Of a stretch of DNA of 54,763 nt, positions 38,190 to 46,981 are shown one piece after another; within the stretch, counting starts at the first letter, position 1; each line of letters starts with the position of its first letter. The notes below the pieces were generated by a model. The model saw only the letters and a program-made list of their open reading frames with translations, did not search any database and was not told where the DNA came from. The DNA comes from Bacteroidota bacterium (lineage in GTDB: Bacteria; Bacteroidota; Bacteroidia; Chitinophagales; Saprospiraceae): the NCBI GenBank assembly GCA_018969455.1, contig JAGWYI010000001.1, positions 1 through 54,763 on the forward strand, given 5' to 3'. Made by a program: the position numbers and the translations under genes.

Positions 38190-38921
38190 TCATTTATTCA
38201 AATCAAAAAATCCCGAACCCAGGGTTCGATAAGGCTCGAAACGGGAAAACATTTCCTCCCGGTACCAACCCAGTTCCCGGGTTTTCTGCACCACCTGCCG
38301 GTGTTCGGAACCTTTATAGGCATAAGCCAGCATATCGGTTCCCTGGGCCCAAAGACTAAAAGTGGCCTGTCGAATCAGGGGCAATTCGCCGATCCCGATG
38401 GCAAAAATCAGACCTTTTTTCCCGTCAAGGGCGGCACTCACAGGCGCCACGTATTTCCAAAACCGAAGCGCAAATTTCAAGCGGATGCTGGCCCGGGTAA
38501 TGACAGCCACCGGCATTTGAGGGTCAAATGCGCCCTGCGAAACAAATGGCTGCTGATTGTCCCACAAACCATGCGCTCCAACGTTGCGCAAAAATACAGT
38601 TTGAACTGCGTTTGCCCGGCGAAGATATCGACGAAAACGGGTATGCTTTTCGAAGAACAACAGCGCATCCTGCTCCGAATGCCACACCAGCAGCAGGCCA
38701 TATACGCCCCAATTGGGCTTCAGGCCAAATCCGTTGGCGGCCCCGCTGCCAAACATCTTCCTAAAAATCAATCCTTTTGCACGCAATGGCCATACAGGGA
38801 ATAGTCCCATTTGCAAAAAAGCCCAGTATTTTTGCGGCCAACGATCAAAGCGAAATAAAGTAAGGGTACTTACTTGCCGGTTTTGTGGGGCCAAAGTCGC
38901 ATCCAAATAGCCAGTTTCCAT
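38190..38921 (-). CDS. Spheroidene monooxygenase (CrtA)-like protein, candidate carotenoid oxygenase/2'-hydroxylase
   Basis: 243 aa. LTLFRFDRW...YWAFLQMG...FRKMFGSGAANGFGLKPNWGVYGLLLVW...GLWDNQQPF resembles the CrtA family as I remember it. Its position divergent from the crtD/cruF-like genes supports this call. Confidence 0.45.
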   Translation of the reverse strand: METGYLDATLAPQNRQVSTLTLFRFDRWPQKYWAFLQMGLFPVWPLRAKGLIFRKMFGSGAANGFGLKPNWGVYGLLLVWHSEQDALLFFEKHTRFRRYLRRANAVQTVFLRNVGAHGLWDNQQPFVSQGAFDPQMPVAVITRASIRLKFALRFWKYVAPVSAALDGKKGLIFAIGIGELPLIRQATFSLWAQGTDMLAYAYKGSEHRQVVQKTRELGWYREEMFSRFEPYRTLGSGFFDLNK

Positions 38922-38960
38922 ATCAATTTATTTGACCCTCCGCGCAAGGATCGTAAAAAA

Positions 38961-39001
38961 GATTTCCATTTTCCAATCAATATCGAAGAAAATCGGAAAT
39001 C
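38961..39001. promoter_or_regulatory. Imperfect palindrome in the divergent crtA-like / crtD-like promoter region
   Basis: gatttccattttc - N14 - gaaaatcggaaatc. The half-sites gatttcc/ggaaatc and attttc/gaaaat are exact complements, with a one-nucleotide bulge. Confidence 0.3.
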
Positions 39002-39119
39002 CCAAAACCTTGCTACAACAAGTAGAGATGGGCAATTTTACCTCCCCCACGGGCGAAGACCAAACAAATATCCAAAGCGCTTGTTTTGGGTTCTGAACAA
39101 TAAATCGAAAATTAATCCT

Positions 39120-40574
39120 ATGAAAATAGGCATCATTGGGGCAGGCATCGCGGGCATTGCTACCTCTATTCGGCTCGCAGCCCAGGGACATCAGGTTACC
39201 GTTTTTGAAGCCAATGATTATCCGGGCGGCAAATTATCCCAATTTGAACAAGATGGATTTCGCTTCGATGCCGGACCCTCGCTGTTTACCATGCCTCAAT
39301 ATGTGACGGAATTGTTCCAATTGGCGGGAGAAACACCTGAGGAACACTTTCTTTATGAGCGCATAAAACGAAATTGTGTTTACCTCTGGCCAGACGGAAC
39401 ACGCTTAGATGCCTGGGCCGACCCGGAGGAGTTCGCCCGGGAAACGGAACAAAAACTGGGGGCTTCTGCCGGGCGCGTTTCCCGTTTTTTGAAGAAAAGT
39501 CAAAAAAAATACGCCCTGGCAGGTTGGATTTTCCTCGAAAAATCCCTTCATAAGCCCCAAACCTGGTTCCGCTGGCCGGTATTGCGCGCACTGTTTCGTT
39601 TGCCCTATTTCGACCTGTTTACCCCCATGCACCGGGTACATGAAAAATGGTTCCAAAACCCCAAACTTACCCAATTGTTCGACCGTTATGCCACCTACAA
39701 CGGTTCCAATCCCTTCAAAGCGCCAGGAATGCTCACCATCATACCGCATTTTGAACACAATGTGGGTGTTTTTTACCCCGAAGGCGGCATGTACCGCATC
39801 ACCCAAAGCCTGTTCGAGCTGGCCAAACGAAAAGGTGTCAATTTTCACTTAAATAGCCCAGTCCAAGAAATTTTGGTAAAAAAAGGCAAGGTAAGCGGAC
39901 TCAGCACCCTGGGGCAAAATCTTGAATTTGATGCAGTTGTGAGCAACATGGACGTTTTTTACACTTATCGCAAACTTTTGCCGAAAGAAGCGGCTCCCGA
40001 GCCTATTTTGCGACAACCCAAGAGCACTTCTGCCCTTATATTTTATTGGGGTGTAAAAGGCAGCTTTCCAGAGCTCGACTTGCACAACATTTTCTTTTCG
40101 GAAGATTACAAAGCCGAATTTGAAGCCCTTGAAAACGGGAAAGTGGTGGAAGATGCCACCATTTACCTGAACATTACCTCCAAATACACACCCAGCGATG
40201 CCCCTGAAGGCCATGAATGCTGGTTTATCCTGATCAATGTTCCATGCAACAAGGGACAAAACTGGGATCAATGGATTCCTGAAATAAAAGCCCATACCAT
40301 CCGAAAACTGGAGCGCATGCTGGGAAGAGCCATCGGCAGCAACATCGTAACGGAAGCCGTGCTCGACCCACGCAGCATCGATCAGAAAACGGCCTCCCAC
40401 CTGGGCGCCCTGTATGGCTACAGCAGCAACACCCAAATGTCGGCTTTTATGCGGCATCCCAATTTCAGCCGGAAAATAGAAAACCTGTATTTTGTGGGAG
40501 GGAGCGTACACCCGGGCGGGGGCATCCCCTTGTGTTTGCTTTCAGCCAAAATAACAGCAGAAATAATTAATTAA
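39120..40574 (+). CDS. crtD: CrtI-family carotenoid desaturase, CrtD-like (1-hydroxycarotenoid 3,4-desaturase candidate)
   Basis: FAD fold MKIGIIGAGIAGIATSIRLAAQGHQVTVFEANDYPGGK, and a C-terminal NLYFVGGSVHPGGGIPLCLLSAK motif. ATG 39120 is used because the track start at 38874 overlaps the divergent gene. Confidence 0.7.
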   Translation: MKIGIIGAGIAGIATSIRLAAQGHQVTVFEANDYPGGKLSQFEQDGFRFDAGPSLFTMPQYVTELFQLAGETPEEHFLYERIKRNCVYLWPDGTRLDAWADPEEFARETEQKLGASAGRVSRFLKKSQKKYALAGWIFLEKSLHKPQTWFRWPVLRALFRLPYFDLFTPMHRVHEKWFQNPKLTQLFDRYATYNGSNPFKAPGMLTIIPHFEHNVGVFYPEGGMYRITQSLFELAKRKGVNFHLNSPVQEILVKKGKVSGLSTLGQNLEFDAVVSNMDVFYTYRKLLPKEAAPEPILRQPKSTSALIFYWGVKGSFPELDLHNIFFSEDYKAEFEALENGKVVEDATIYLNITSKYTPSDAPEGHECWFILINVPCNKGQNWDQWIPEIKAHTIRKLERMLGRAIGSNIVTEAVLDPRSIDQKTASHLGALYGYSSNTQMSAFMRHPNFSRKIENLYFVGGSVHPGGGIPLCLLSAKITAEIIN

Positions 40575-40608
40575 TCAAAATATTTAAAAATTTGATTTTT
40601 AAACAAAA

Positions 40609-41289
40609 ATGATCAATTTTAGAATTCAAAATTACGAAAATCCATTTTTCATGGATGCGCAGGCTCGCGCACGCGCAAGTGTAATTGCACTGTGGATGGT
40701 ATACGGATTTGGCATTGCAGGCATGTTCAGTCCTTGGAAATCCTGGTTTGTATCCATGACGCCCGCCAGCATTTTGCTGTCGTATGGAATCTTATGGTGG
40801 AATCACGGTGCAATTCAGCGCGGCGCGCTTCAGTTTGGTTTGTTTGCATTTGGCGTCGGATTTCTTTCCGAAGTTATGGGGGTAAATACAGGTTTTCCAT
40901 TTGGAGACTATTCTTACGGCGCCCTTTTGGGTTTGAAAATATGGAATACCCCCCTATTGATTGGCGTCAATTGGACCCTTGTATGTTATTGTGCATGTAC
41001 GTTGGCAGATCGTCTTTGGTCGGATAAGCGGACATGGGGCTGGCTGCTTTGTGCAAGTTTGATTCCGGTTATATTGGATGTGTTGATAGAGCCTGTTGCG
41101 ATTCGACTGGATTTTTGGAGTTGGGAATCTGGAACACCACCCATGCAGAACTATGCGGGGTGGTGGGGCGTAAGTTTGCTCATTGCGCAGGCATATAGGG
41201 TATGGATGCCATCGGTGATCAGAAATCCATTGTCGGGCCTGCTTTTGGCGCTTCAATTTTTATTTTTCGGGGTGTTACAGGGTTTGTAA
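40609..41289 (+). CDS. cruF: Carotenoid biosynthesis membrane protein (DUF422 / CruF-like 1',2'-hydratase candidate)
   Basis: 7-TM protein with NTGFPFGDYSYG and PLLIGVNW motifs as in the Caroten_synth/CruF family. It begins 35 nt after the crtD-like gene. Confidence 0.6.
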   Translation: MINFRIQNYENPFFMDAQARARASVIALWMVYGFGIAGMFSPWKSWFVSMTPASILLSYGILWWNHGAIQRGALQFGLFAFGVGFLSEVMGVNTGFPFGDYSYGALLGLKIWNTPLLIGVNWTLVCYCACTLADRLWSDKRTWGWLLCASLIPVILDVLIEPVAIRLDFWSWESGTPPMQNYAGWWGVSLLIAQAYRVWMPSVIRNPLSGLLLALQFLFFGVLQGL

Positions 41290-41453
41290 TTCCCCCGTGT
41301 TGGAGAAAATTTCAGTATAAATGCTGGTATTGTTAATTTTACCGGTGATTACGTACAACAGCATTGAAGCAGTATCCTGGTATGATACAACGTGTATTTT
41401 TTCCTTATTTTCAATCATCGCCCCGCCGGGGAAGGTATTCGGAGTTAAACTCG

Positions 41454-42149
41454 ATGGCGGTATTAGAAACAATTGCCAGGTTGGAAAGGCGTATTTTGGA
41501 GCGTTTTCCGGAATCGGGTCTGGCTCAGGTGTGTCATGATTTTTTGGAGCAGGCGCATGTGCAGGAGGGGCTTGCCCGCAAGCTTCAAAATCCTGTGTGG
41601 GCATTACGCATTGCCTCATTTATTGCGGGAACGATGCTGATGGGCTTGTTTATTTGGGCTCTCGTGCAGGTACTTAACACTTTTTCGCATCGGGTGGAAG
41701 GGGTTTCGGAGTTGTTGCAAGCGGCAGAATCGGCTATTAATGAGTTGATTTTCTTGGGATTGGCTTTGTATTTTTTAATGAATCTGGAGCAGCGTTTAAA
41801 GCGTCAACAAGCCTTGAGCGCATTGCACCGATTGCGTAGTATAGCCCACATTGTAGACATGCACCAATTGACCAAAGATCCGGCTGCGGTACTGGCCAAT
41901 CAATTGCATACGACCCAAAACTCACCTGAACGCACCCTGAACCGCAAGCAATTGACGCGTTATCTGGACTATTGTTCGGAGTTGCTTGCATTGGTGAGTA
42001 AAATAGCGGCATTGTTTGCCCAGAACATGGAAGATCCCATTGTTTTGAGTGCTGTAAATGACCTGGAGTCCCTTACACAAGGCCTCGCCAGCAAGATTTG
42101 GCAAAAGATCATGATCCTGGATTTGGCCGAACCTGAAAATCAGGCATGA
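41454..42149 (+). CDS. Hypothetical membrane protein
   Basis: 231 aa from ATG 41454. Two central TM helices (IASFIAGTMLMGLFIWALVQVL; LIFLGLALYFLMNL) are flanked by helical regions. No family recognised. Confidence 0.45.
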   Translation: MAVLETIARLERRILERFPESGLAQVCHDFLEQAHVQEGLARKLQNPVWALRIASFIAGTMLMGLFIWALVQVLNTFSHRVEGVSELLQAAESAINELIFLGLALYFLMNLEQRLKRQQALSALHRLRSIAHIVDMHQLTKDPAAVLANQLHTTQNSPERTLNRKQLTRYLDYCSELLALVSKIAALFAQNMEDPIVLSAVNDLESLTQGLASKIWQKIMILDLAEPENQA

Positions 42150-42368
42150 TTCCTGCATATACCAGTATCTGTTAAATTAATCCGATCATTACCTGAAATG
42201 TACGTTTTTCTTTATTTTGCGCTCCCTTTTCTTCAAATTAAAGGGCCAGAAAGAACAATTGTAAACCTCATTGAATACGTATCCGTGGTATAATTTAAGG
42301 TTTTAAGTCAATTTGTGGCGATTTAAAACATTTTAAAATGTGCCATATTATAATTTTCAGCAAAATGT

Positions 42369-42399
42369 TTTGCTTTTGTCATGCAGATTGCTACTTTTG
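42369..42399 (+). promoter_or_regulatory. Candidate Bacteroidota promoter (TTTG-N19-TACTTTTG)
   Basis: Both the -33 (42369-42372) and -7 (42392-42399) elements match the consensus with canonical spacing. The promoter lies 180 nt upstream of the M23 peptidase ATG. Confidence 0.4.
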
Positions 42400-42578
42400 T
42401 GCGCCTCACCCAATAAATCTTTAATATCGAACCGTTTCATTATTAGTTAATCCGGGTAAAAACGGCGCATGATTTCATCGGTTTTTGACCAATTTAATCC
42501 ATCGCTTCATCCGCCGCAAGATTCAGTTAATCATAGAGGCATCACCATTATCTGATTCGCCTGGTAAACCGCAAACAT

Positions 42579-43562
42579 ATGGGCAGGAAAGAAAAGTTTG
42601 TTTACAACATTCAAACTTTAACCTACGAGAAAGTCGTTGTTCCCTTTAAAACCAGAATACTACAAGCCTTCGGTTTCTTTTCCGTTGTTCTTGTAACTTC
42701 TTTTGCATTGCTTGCGCTCCTTTACACCATCTTTCCCTCTCCACGAGAAAAGGAATTGATGCGCGAAATTGAGCAAATGGAACATAAATATTCCCAAATG
42801 GGTGGCCAACTTGACCTGATGTCGAAAGTGTTGCAAAACATTCAGGAACGAGACGCCAACGTACACCGCGCCGTTTTTGGCATGGATCCCATTGATGAGG
42901 ATATTTGGAATGCCGGTATCGGTGGCCATGAGGCACATCCCGAACTGTCGGCATTTAAATATGGCCAGCGAAACATCCGGGAAGTTGTAGAAAAAGTAGA
43001 TCAGTTGAGCCGTCAAATGGCCCTTCAAAGCAAATCGCTTGATACCATTCAGCGCCTTGCAGAGAACCAAAAAAACATGCTGGCTTCCTTGCCTAGCATC
43101 AAACCGGTTCGGGAAGACAAATTGCAAAAGAGCATCGGAACACTGTCCGGTTTTGGATACCGCATCCATCCGGTATATAAAATTAAAAAATTCCACGCAG
43201 GCCTGGATTTTCCGGCACGCGTAGGTACAGCAATTCAAGCCTCCGGCGATGGGGTTGTGGTGGAAACCGGCTGGCATCAGGGATATGGAAACTGTGTCAA
43301 AATAAGCCACGGATATGGCTATGAAACCTTGTACGGACATATGAATCGCATCTATGTTCGGCAAGGCGAACATGTGAAAAAGGGCACTAAAATTGGCGAA
43401 GTTGGCGATACCGGACTCTCTACCGCACCGCATTTACACTATGAAGTTCACTATAAAGGGAACCCCATTAACCCTATCAACTTCTGTATGGACAGTTTGA
43501 CCCCGCAGGAGTATCAGGCAATGGTGAATGGCGCCGAAACGGCCAACCAGTCACTCGATTAA
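42579..43562 (+). CDS. M23 family metallopeptidase with an N-terminal TM helix and coiled coil
   Basis: HAGLDFPARVGT, GNCVKISHGYGYETLYGHM and GDTGLSTAPHLHYEV are the HxxxD / HxH motifs of the LytM/M23 domain. Confidence 0.85.
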   Translation: MGRKEKFVYNIQTLTYEKVVVPFKTRILQAFGFFSVVLVTSFALLALLYTIFPSPREKELMREIEQMEHKYSQMGGQLDLMSKVLQNIQERDANVHRAVFGMDPIDEDIWNAGIGGHEAHPELSAFKYGQRNIREVVEKVDQLSRQMALQSKSLDTIQRLAENQKNMLASLPSIKPVREDKLQKSIGTLSGFGYRIHPVYKIKKFHAGLDFPARVGTAIQASGDGVVVETGWHQGYGNCVKISHGYGYETLYGHMNRIYVRQGEHVKKGTKIGEVGDTGLSTAPHLHYEVHYKGNPINPINFCMDSLTPQEYQAMVNGAETANQSLD

Positions 43563-43670
43563 TTTTTTTCGATTTTTGGTTTAATGGGGAGAGAACAAAA
43601 AACAAAATGAACAAGCCCGGATGGATTTTACCATCCAGCCCCCAATCACCCGTACTTGTAGAAGACCATA

Positions 43671-43705
43671 ACAGCCAAAACGTTGAATAACAACGTTTTG
43701 GCTGT
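43671..43705 (+). terminator. Perfect 15-bp stem hairpin between the M23 gene and uvrB
   Basis: acagccaaaacgttg - aataa - caacgttttggctgt. It lies 109 nt after the M23 stop and ends 14 nt before the uvrB ATG. Only a weak T-rich tail follows (gttatta). Confidence 0.45.
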
Positions 43706-43719
43706 GTTATTAGATTGAT

Positions 43720-45756
43720 ATGACTTTTAAACTAAACTCCGATTATGTGCCAACCGGCGATCAGCCGCAGGCCATCCATCAACTTGTCGAAGGCATAAAA
43801 GCCGGCGAAAAAGCACAAGTACTCCTGGGCGTTACAGGATCTGGCAAAACGTTTACCATGGCCAATGTAATCGCCCAACTCAACAAACCGACCCTTATCC
43901 TTACACATAATAAAACCCTCACGGCTCAACTCTACGGAGAATTGCAAACCTTTTTCCCGGATAATGCCGTGGAATATTTTGTGTCGTACTACGACTACTA
44001 CCAGCCTGAGGCGTATGTGGCCGTAACAGATACATTTATCGAAAAAGACCTGCAAATCAATGAGTTGGTAGACAAATTGCGGCTGAAGGCCACCAGCACC
44101 CTGCTCTCGGGCCGCCGAGACATCATTATTGTTGCTTCCGTTTCCTGTATTTATGGTATGGGAAACCCCGAAGATTATAAAAGCGGCATCATCCGCCTGT
44201 TTAAAGGCCAAAAAATATCCAGAACCCAGTTTTTGTACCAGCTCGTGGAAAGCTTGTACGCGCGCACAGAAACTGATTTCGCCCGAGGTACCTTTCGCGT
44301 AAAAGGCGATACTGTGGACATCAACCTGCCGTATGCAGACTGGGGCTATCGGGTCATGTTCTGGGGCGACGAAATTGAAAGCATTGAAAGCATTGACAAC
44401 GAGCGCGGCAAACGCATTGAAGTGATGGAAACCGCCGCCATTTTCCCGGCAAACCTGTACGTGGCCCCTAAAGAACGCCTCAATCAGGTAATTGCTGAAA
44501 TTCAGGACGAGATGACGGCGCAGGAACAGTATTTTTTGCAGGATGGCCGCATGCTGGAATCGCGCAGGATTCGCGAGCGCACCACCTTCGACGTGGAAAT
44601 GATCAAAGAACTGGGCTATTGCAGTGGCATCGAAAACTATTCGCGCTTTTTCGACCGCCGCGAACCGGGAACACGTCCTTTCTGCCTGCTCGATTATTTC
44701 CCCGACGATTATTTGATGATTATAGACGAGAGCCACGTGACCCTGCCCCAATTGCGCGGTATGTGGGGCGGTGACCGATCCCGAAAACAAATGCTCGTCA
44801 ATTACGGCTTTCGCTTGCCCTCCGCCATGGACAACCGGCCACTCAATTTCGATGAGTTTCAGGCGCTCATCAATCAGGTGATTTTCGTGAGTGCTACCCC
44901 CGGCGATTTCGAACTGGAAAAAACCGAAGGCGTAGTCGTAGAACAACTCGTGCGCCCGACCGGCCTGCTCGATCCGCCCATCGATGTGCGCCCTTCCCTC
45001 AATCAGGTAGACGATCTGCTGGAGGAAATTCGCCTGCGCAGCACACGCAACGAACGTACACTCGTAACCACACTCACCAAGCGCATGGCCGAAGAATTGT
45101 CCGCCTATTTGGCCAAAGTCGGCATCAAATGCCGCTACATCCACTCCGAAGTGGAAACCCTGGAACGCGTGGAAATCCTGCGCGACCTGCGCCTGGGCGA
45201 ATATGATGTGCTCATCGGCGTAAACCTGCTCCGGGAAGGCCTCGACCTGCCGGAAGTATCCTTAGTGGCCATCCTGGACGCCGACAAAGAGGGCTTCCTG
45301 CGCAACGTGCGCTCGCTCACGCAAACCGCCGGCCGTGCCGCCAGAAATTCCAACGGACTCGTCATTTTTTATGCCGACAAAATGACCGATTCCATGCGCA
45401 ACACCATCGACGAAACCAACCGCCGCCGCTCGGTGCAGATTGCCTACAACGAGGCCCATGGCATTACACCACGCACGGTGGGCAAAACCCGCGAACAGAT
45501 CCTGGCCCAACGCAGCATCCTCGACATCCGAGGCGTGGAAGCCACCAAATATTATGTAGAGCAAGACCCGAATAACCTGGCTGCCGAGCCCGTGGTGGCC
45601 CTCGCCAACCGCAGCCAACTGGAAAAAATGATTGATGAGGTGGAACAAAAGATGAAAAAAGCGGCGAAAGACCTCGATTTCATCACGGCCGCGCAGTTTC
45701 GGGATGAAATGCTGGCGCTACAGAAAACGTTGCGGGAGAAGTTTGGGAAGGAGTGA
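43720..45756 (+). CDS. uvrB: Excinuclease ABC subunit B
   Basis: 678 aa. Motifs include GDQPQAI, Walker A GVTGSGKTFT, the beta-hairpin region YYDYYQPEAY, helicase motifs, and the C-terminal UVR domain (ITAAQFRDEMLALQ). Confidence 0.95.
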   Translation: MTFKLNSDYVPTGDQPQAIHQLVEGIKAGEKAQVLLGVTGSGKTFTMANVIAQLNKPTLILTHNKTLTAQLYGELQTFFPDNAVEYFVSYYDYYQPEAYVAVTDTFIEKDLQINELVDKLRLKATSTLLSGRRDIIIVASVSCIYGMGNPEDYKSGIIRLFKGQKISRTQFLYQLVESLYARTETDFARGTFRVKGDTVDINLPYADWGYRVMFWGDEIESIESIDNERGKRIEVMETAAIFPANLYVAPKERLNQVIAEIQDEMTAQEQYFLQDGRMLESRRIRERTTFDVEMIKELGYCSGIENYSRFFDRREPGTRPFCLLDYFPDDYLMIIDESHVTLPQLRGMWGGDRSRKQMLVNYGFRLPSAMDNRPLNFDEFQALINQVIFVSATPGDFELEKTEGVVVEQLVRPTGLLDPPIDVRPSLNQVDDLLEEIRLRSTRNERTLVTTLTKRMAEELSAYLAKVGIKCRYIHSEVETLERVEILRDLRLGEYDVLIGVNLLREGLDLPEVSLVAILDADKEGFLRNVRSLTQTAGRAARNSNGLVIFYADKMTDSMRNTIDETNRRRSVQIAYNEAHGITPRTVGKTREQILAQRSILDIRGVEATKYYVEQDPNNLAAEPVVALANRSQLEKMIDEVEQKMKKAAKDLDFITAAQFRDEMLALQKTLREKFGKE

Positions 45757-45947
45757 TGAGGGGATGTCCCAAACGCAATGGGAAGGGCACATTTTGTATA
45801 GTCCTGCAAAAGGCCTCTAAACATTGCGCACTTCGCATTTTGTGTTGGGGGGGAAATCTTGGAGCTACCGGTCTGAGCGTAATTCAATCACAATCAATCT
45901 AATGAAATAAATAATGTTGGATGTCTGTAGATCTGGCGCTTTGAACT

Positions 45948-45955
45948 TATTTTTG
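45948..45955 (+). promoter_or_regulatory. Candidate -7 box (TATTTTTG) upstream of the GIY-YIG gene, outside the inverted repeat
   Basis: Exact TAnnTTTG match 39 nt upstream of ATG 45994 and 20 nt upstream of the left repeat. Confidence 0.25.
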
Positions 45956-45974
45956 TTTGAATAAGGCTATTACG

Positions 45975-45990
45975 TGTTGGCTGCTATTGT
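45975..45990. repeat. Left arm of a perfect 16-bp inverted repeat (tgttggctgctattgt)
   Basis: Exact reverse complement of 46982-46997. It ends 3 nt before the GIY-YIG ATG. Confidence 0.95.
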
Positions 45991-45993
45991 AAA

Positions 45994-46974
45994 ATGACTG
46001 CGGAAATAATCAACCTATTAGGATTTCAATTTGACACCGCCTTCAATGTGCAAGGACGACTATCTATTGCCGACCTTTTCCCAAAATCTAAAAGCCGCTG
46101 CGGCATTTATTTGCTCAACTTTTGTGATGACACCTTTTATATTGGGCAAGCCGTTGACACAGTAAAAAGATTTGCTCAACACAGAAAAAATTATGACAAC
46201 ATTGAAAGACTTTGGTTTCAACCTGTAAAAAAGGAAAACTTGAACAAGGTTGAGCAAAGACTAATTCAGCAAGCAGAAACGCAAGGACTTTTACTAAAAA
46301 ATAAAACTTTCGTATCAAACATTATTGGCAACACCGACCTTGACTTAATTATTTCGCCGACAGAACAAGACAATTGGCTTGAGAACGATGTTGAGATTTC
46401 AAATAACGGTTATGACTTGTATGAAACTGTTGAAGTTAAACACAAAATTAAATACCGACAAAATTTTGAAAAGCTACAGCAAGTTGAAAACTACGAACAG
46501 ATCAAACGAATTTTGAGTTTGTACATAAGAAAGGGTTTGCCTGCTTTTAAGAAAACGGAATTATCGTTTTGGGCATTAAGTTGTATGCCATCAACAAACA
46601 TCAACACTTATCCAAGATACTTCTGTTTGAATGTAAATGCAATGGAAGTTTTTGTTTTAGGTTACGAAAGGAAAACAAAGAAGCCATTCACTTTTATCGT
46701 TTTAACAAGTCTTTTTTTTGACAATGACAAGGAACTTAATCGGCTTTGTGGCAAGTATAAAACTTTGGAAGCAGAACGGTCAAAGTATAGAGCCGCTGGT
46801 GCAGACCAAGTTCGCTTTCATTTTTCGGATTTGACTGAACTGGAAAACATATTATTGAATGAACCTAAAGTTGTCAATTCCATTAAAGAACTGAATTTGC
46901 GGCTTATGAGAAAGGGTGGAACAATTTATTCGCCATTTCATTGCTTTGACTTGGCAAAAGACGTTTTAGTGTAG
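45994..46974 (+). CDS. GIY-YIG nuclease domain protein with an unassigned ~200-aa C-terminal domain
   Basis: 326 aa. The GIY-YIG motifs are GIYLLNF...TFYIGQAVDTVKRFAQHRKN...VEQRLIQ (GIY, YIG, Arg, Glu). The C-terminal region (FWALSCMP...YFCLNVNAMEVFVLGY...LNLRLMRKGGTIYSPFHC) is not recognised. Confidence 0.75.
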   Translation: MTAEIINLLGFQFDTAFNVQGRLSIADLFPKSKSRCGIYLLNFCDDTFYIGQAVDTVKRFAQHRKNYDNIERLWFQPVKKENLNKVEQRLIQQAETQGLLLKNKTFVSNIIGNTDLDLIISPTEQDNWLENDVEISNNGYDLYETVEVKHKIKYRQNFEKLQQVENYEQIKRILSLYIRKGLPAFKKTELSFWALSCMPSTNINTYPRYFCLNVNAMEVFVLGYERKTKKPFTFIVLTSLFFDNDKELNRLCGKYKTLEAERSKYRAAGADQVRFHFSDLTELENILLNEPKVVNSIKELNLRLMRKGGTIYSPFHCFDLAKDVLV

Positions 46975-46981
46975 AGTGAGA

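Noticed and set aside
38874-39119. The 82-aa N-terminal extension of the crtD-like ORF
   Set aside because: It overlaps the divergent crtA-like start. The Rossmann FAD fold begins right at MKIGIIGAG (ATG 39120).
43732-45144. A 470-aa ORF on the minus strand, entirely antisense to uvrB
   Set aside because: This is a shadow ORF inside a strongly conserved gene. Its composition is low-information (rich in F, G, A, H) and it has no motifs. uvrB on the plus strand is unambiguous.
45552-45887. A 111-aa minus-strand ORF overlapping the uvrB 3' end
   Set aside because: It is largely antisense to uvrB, with no motif and implausible composition.
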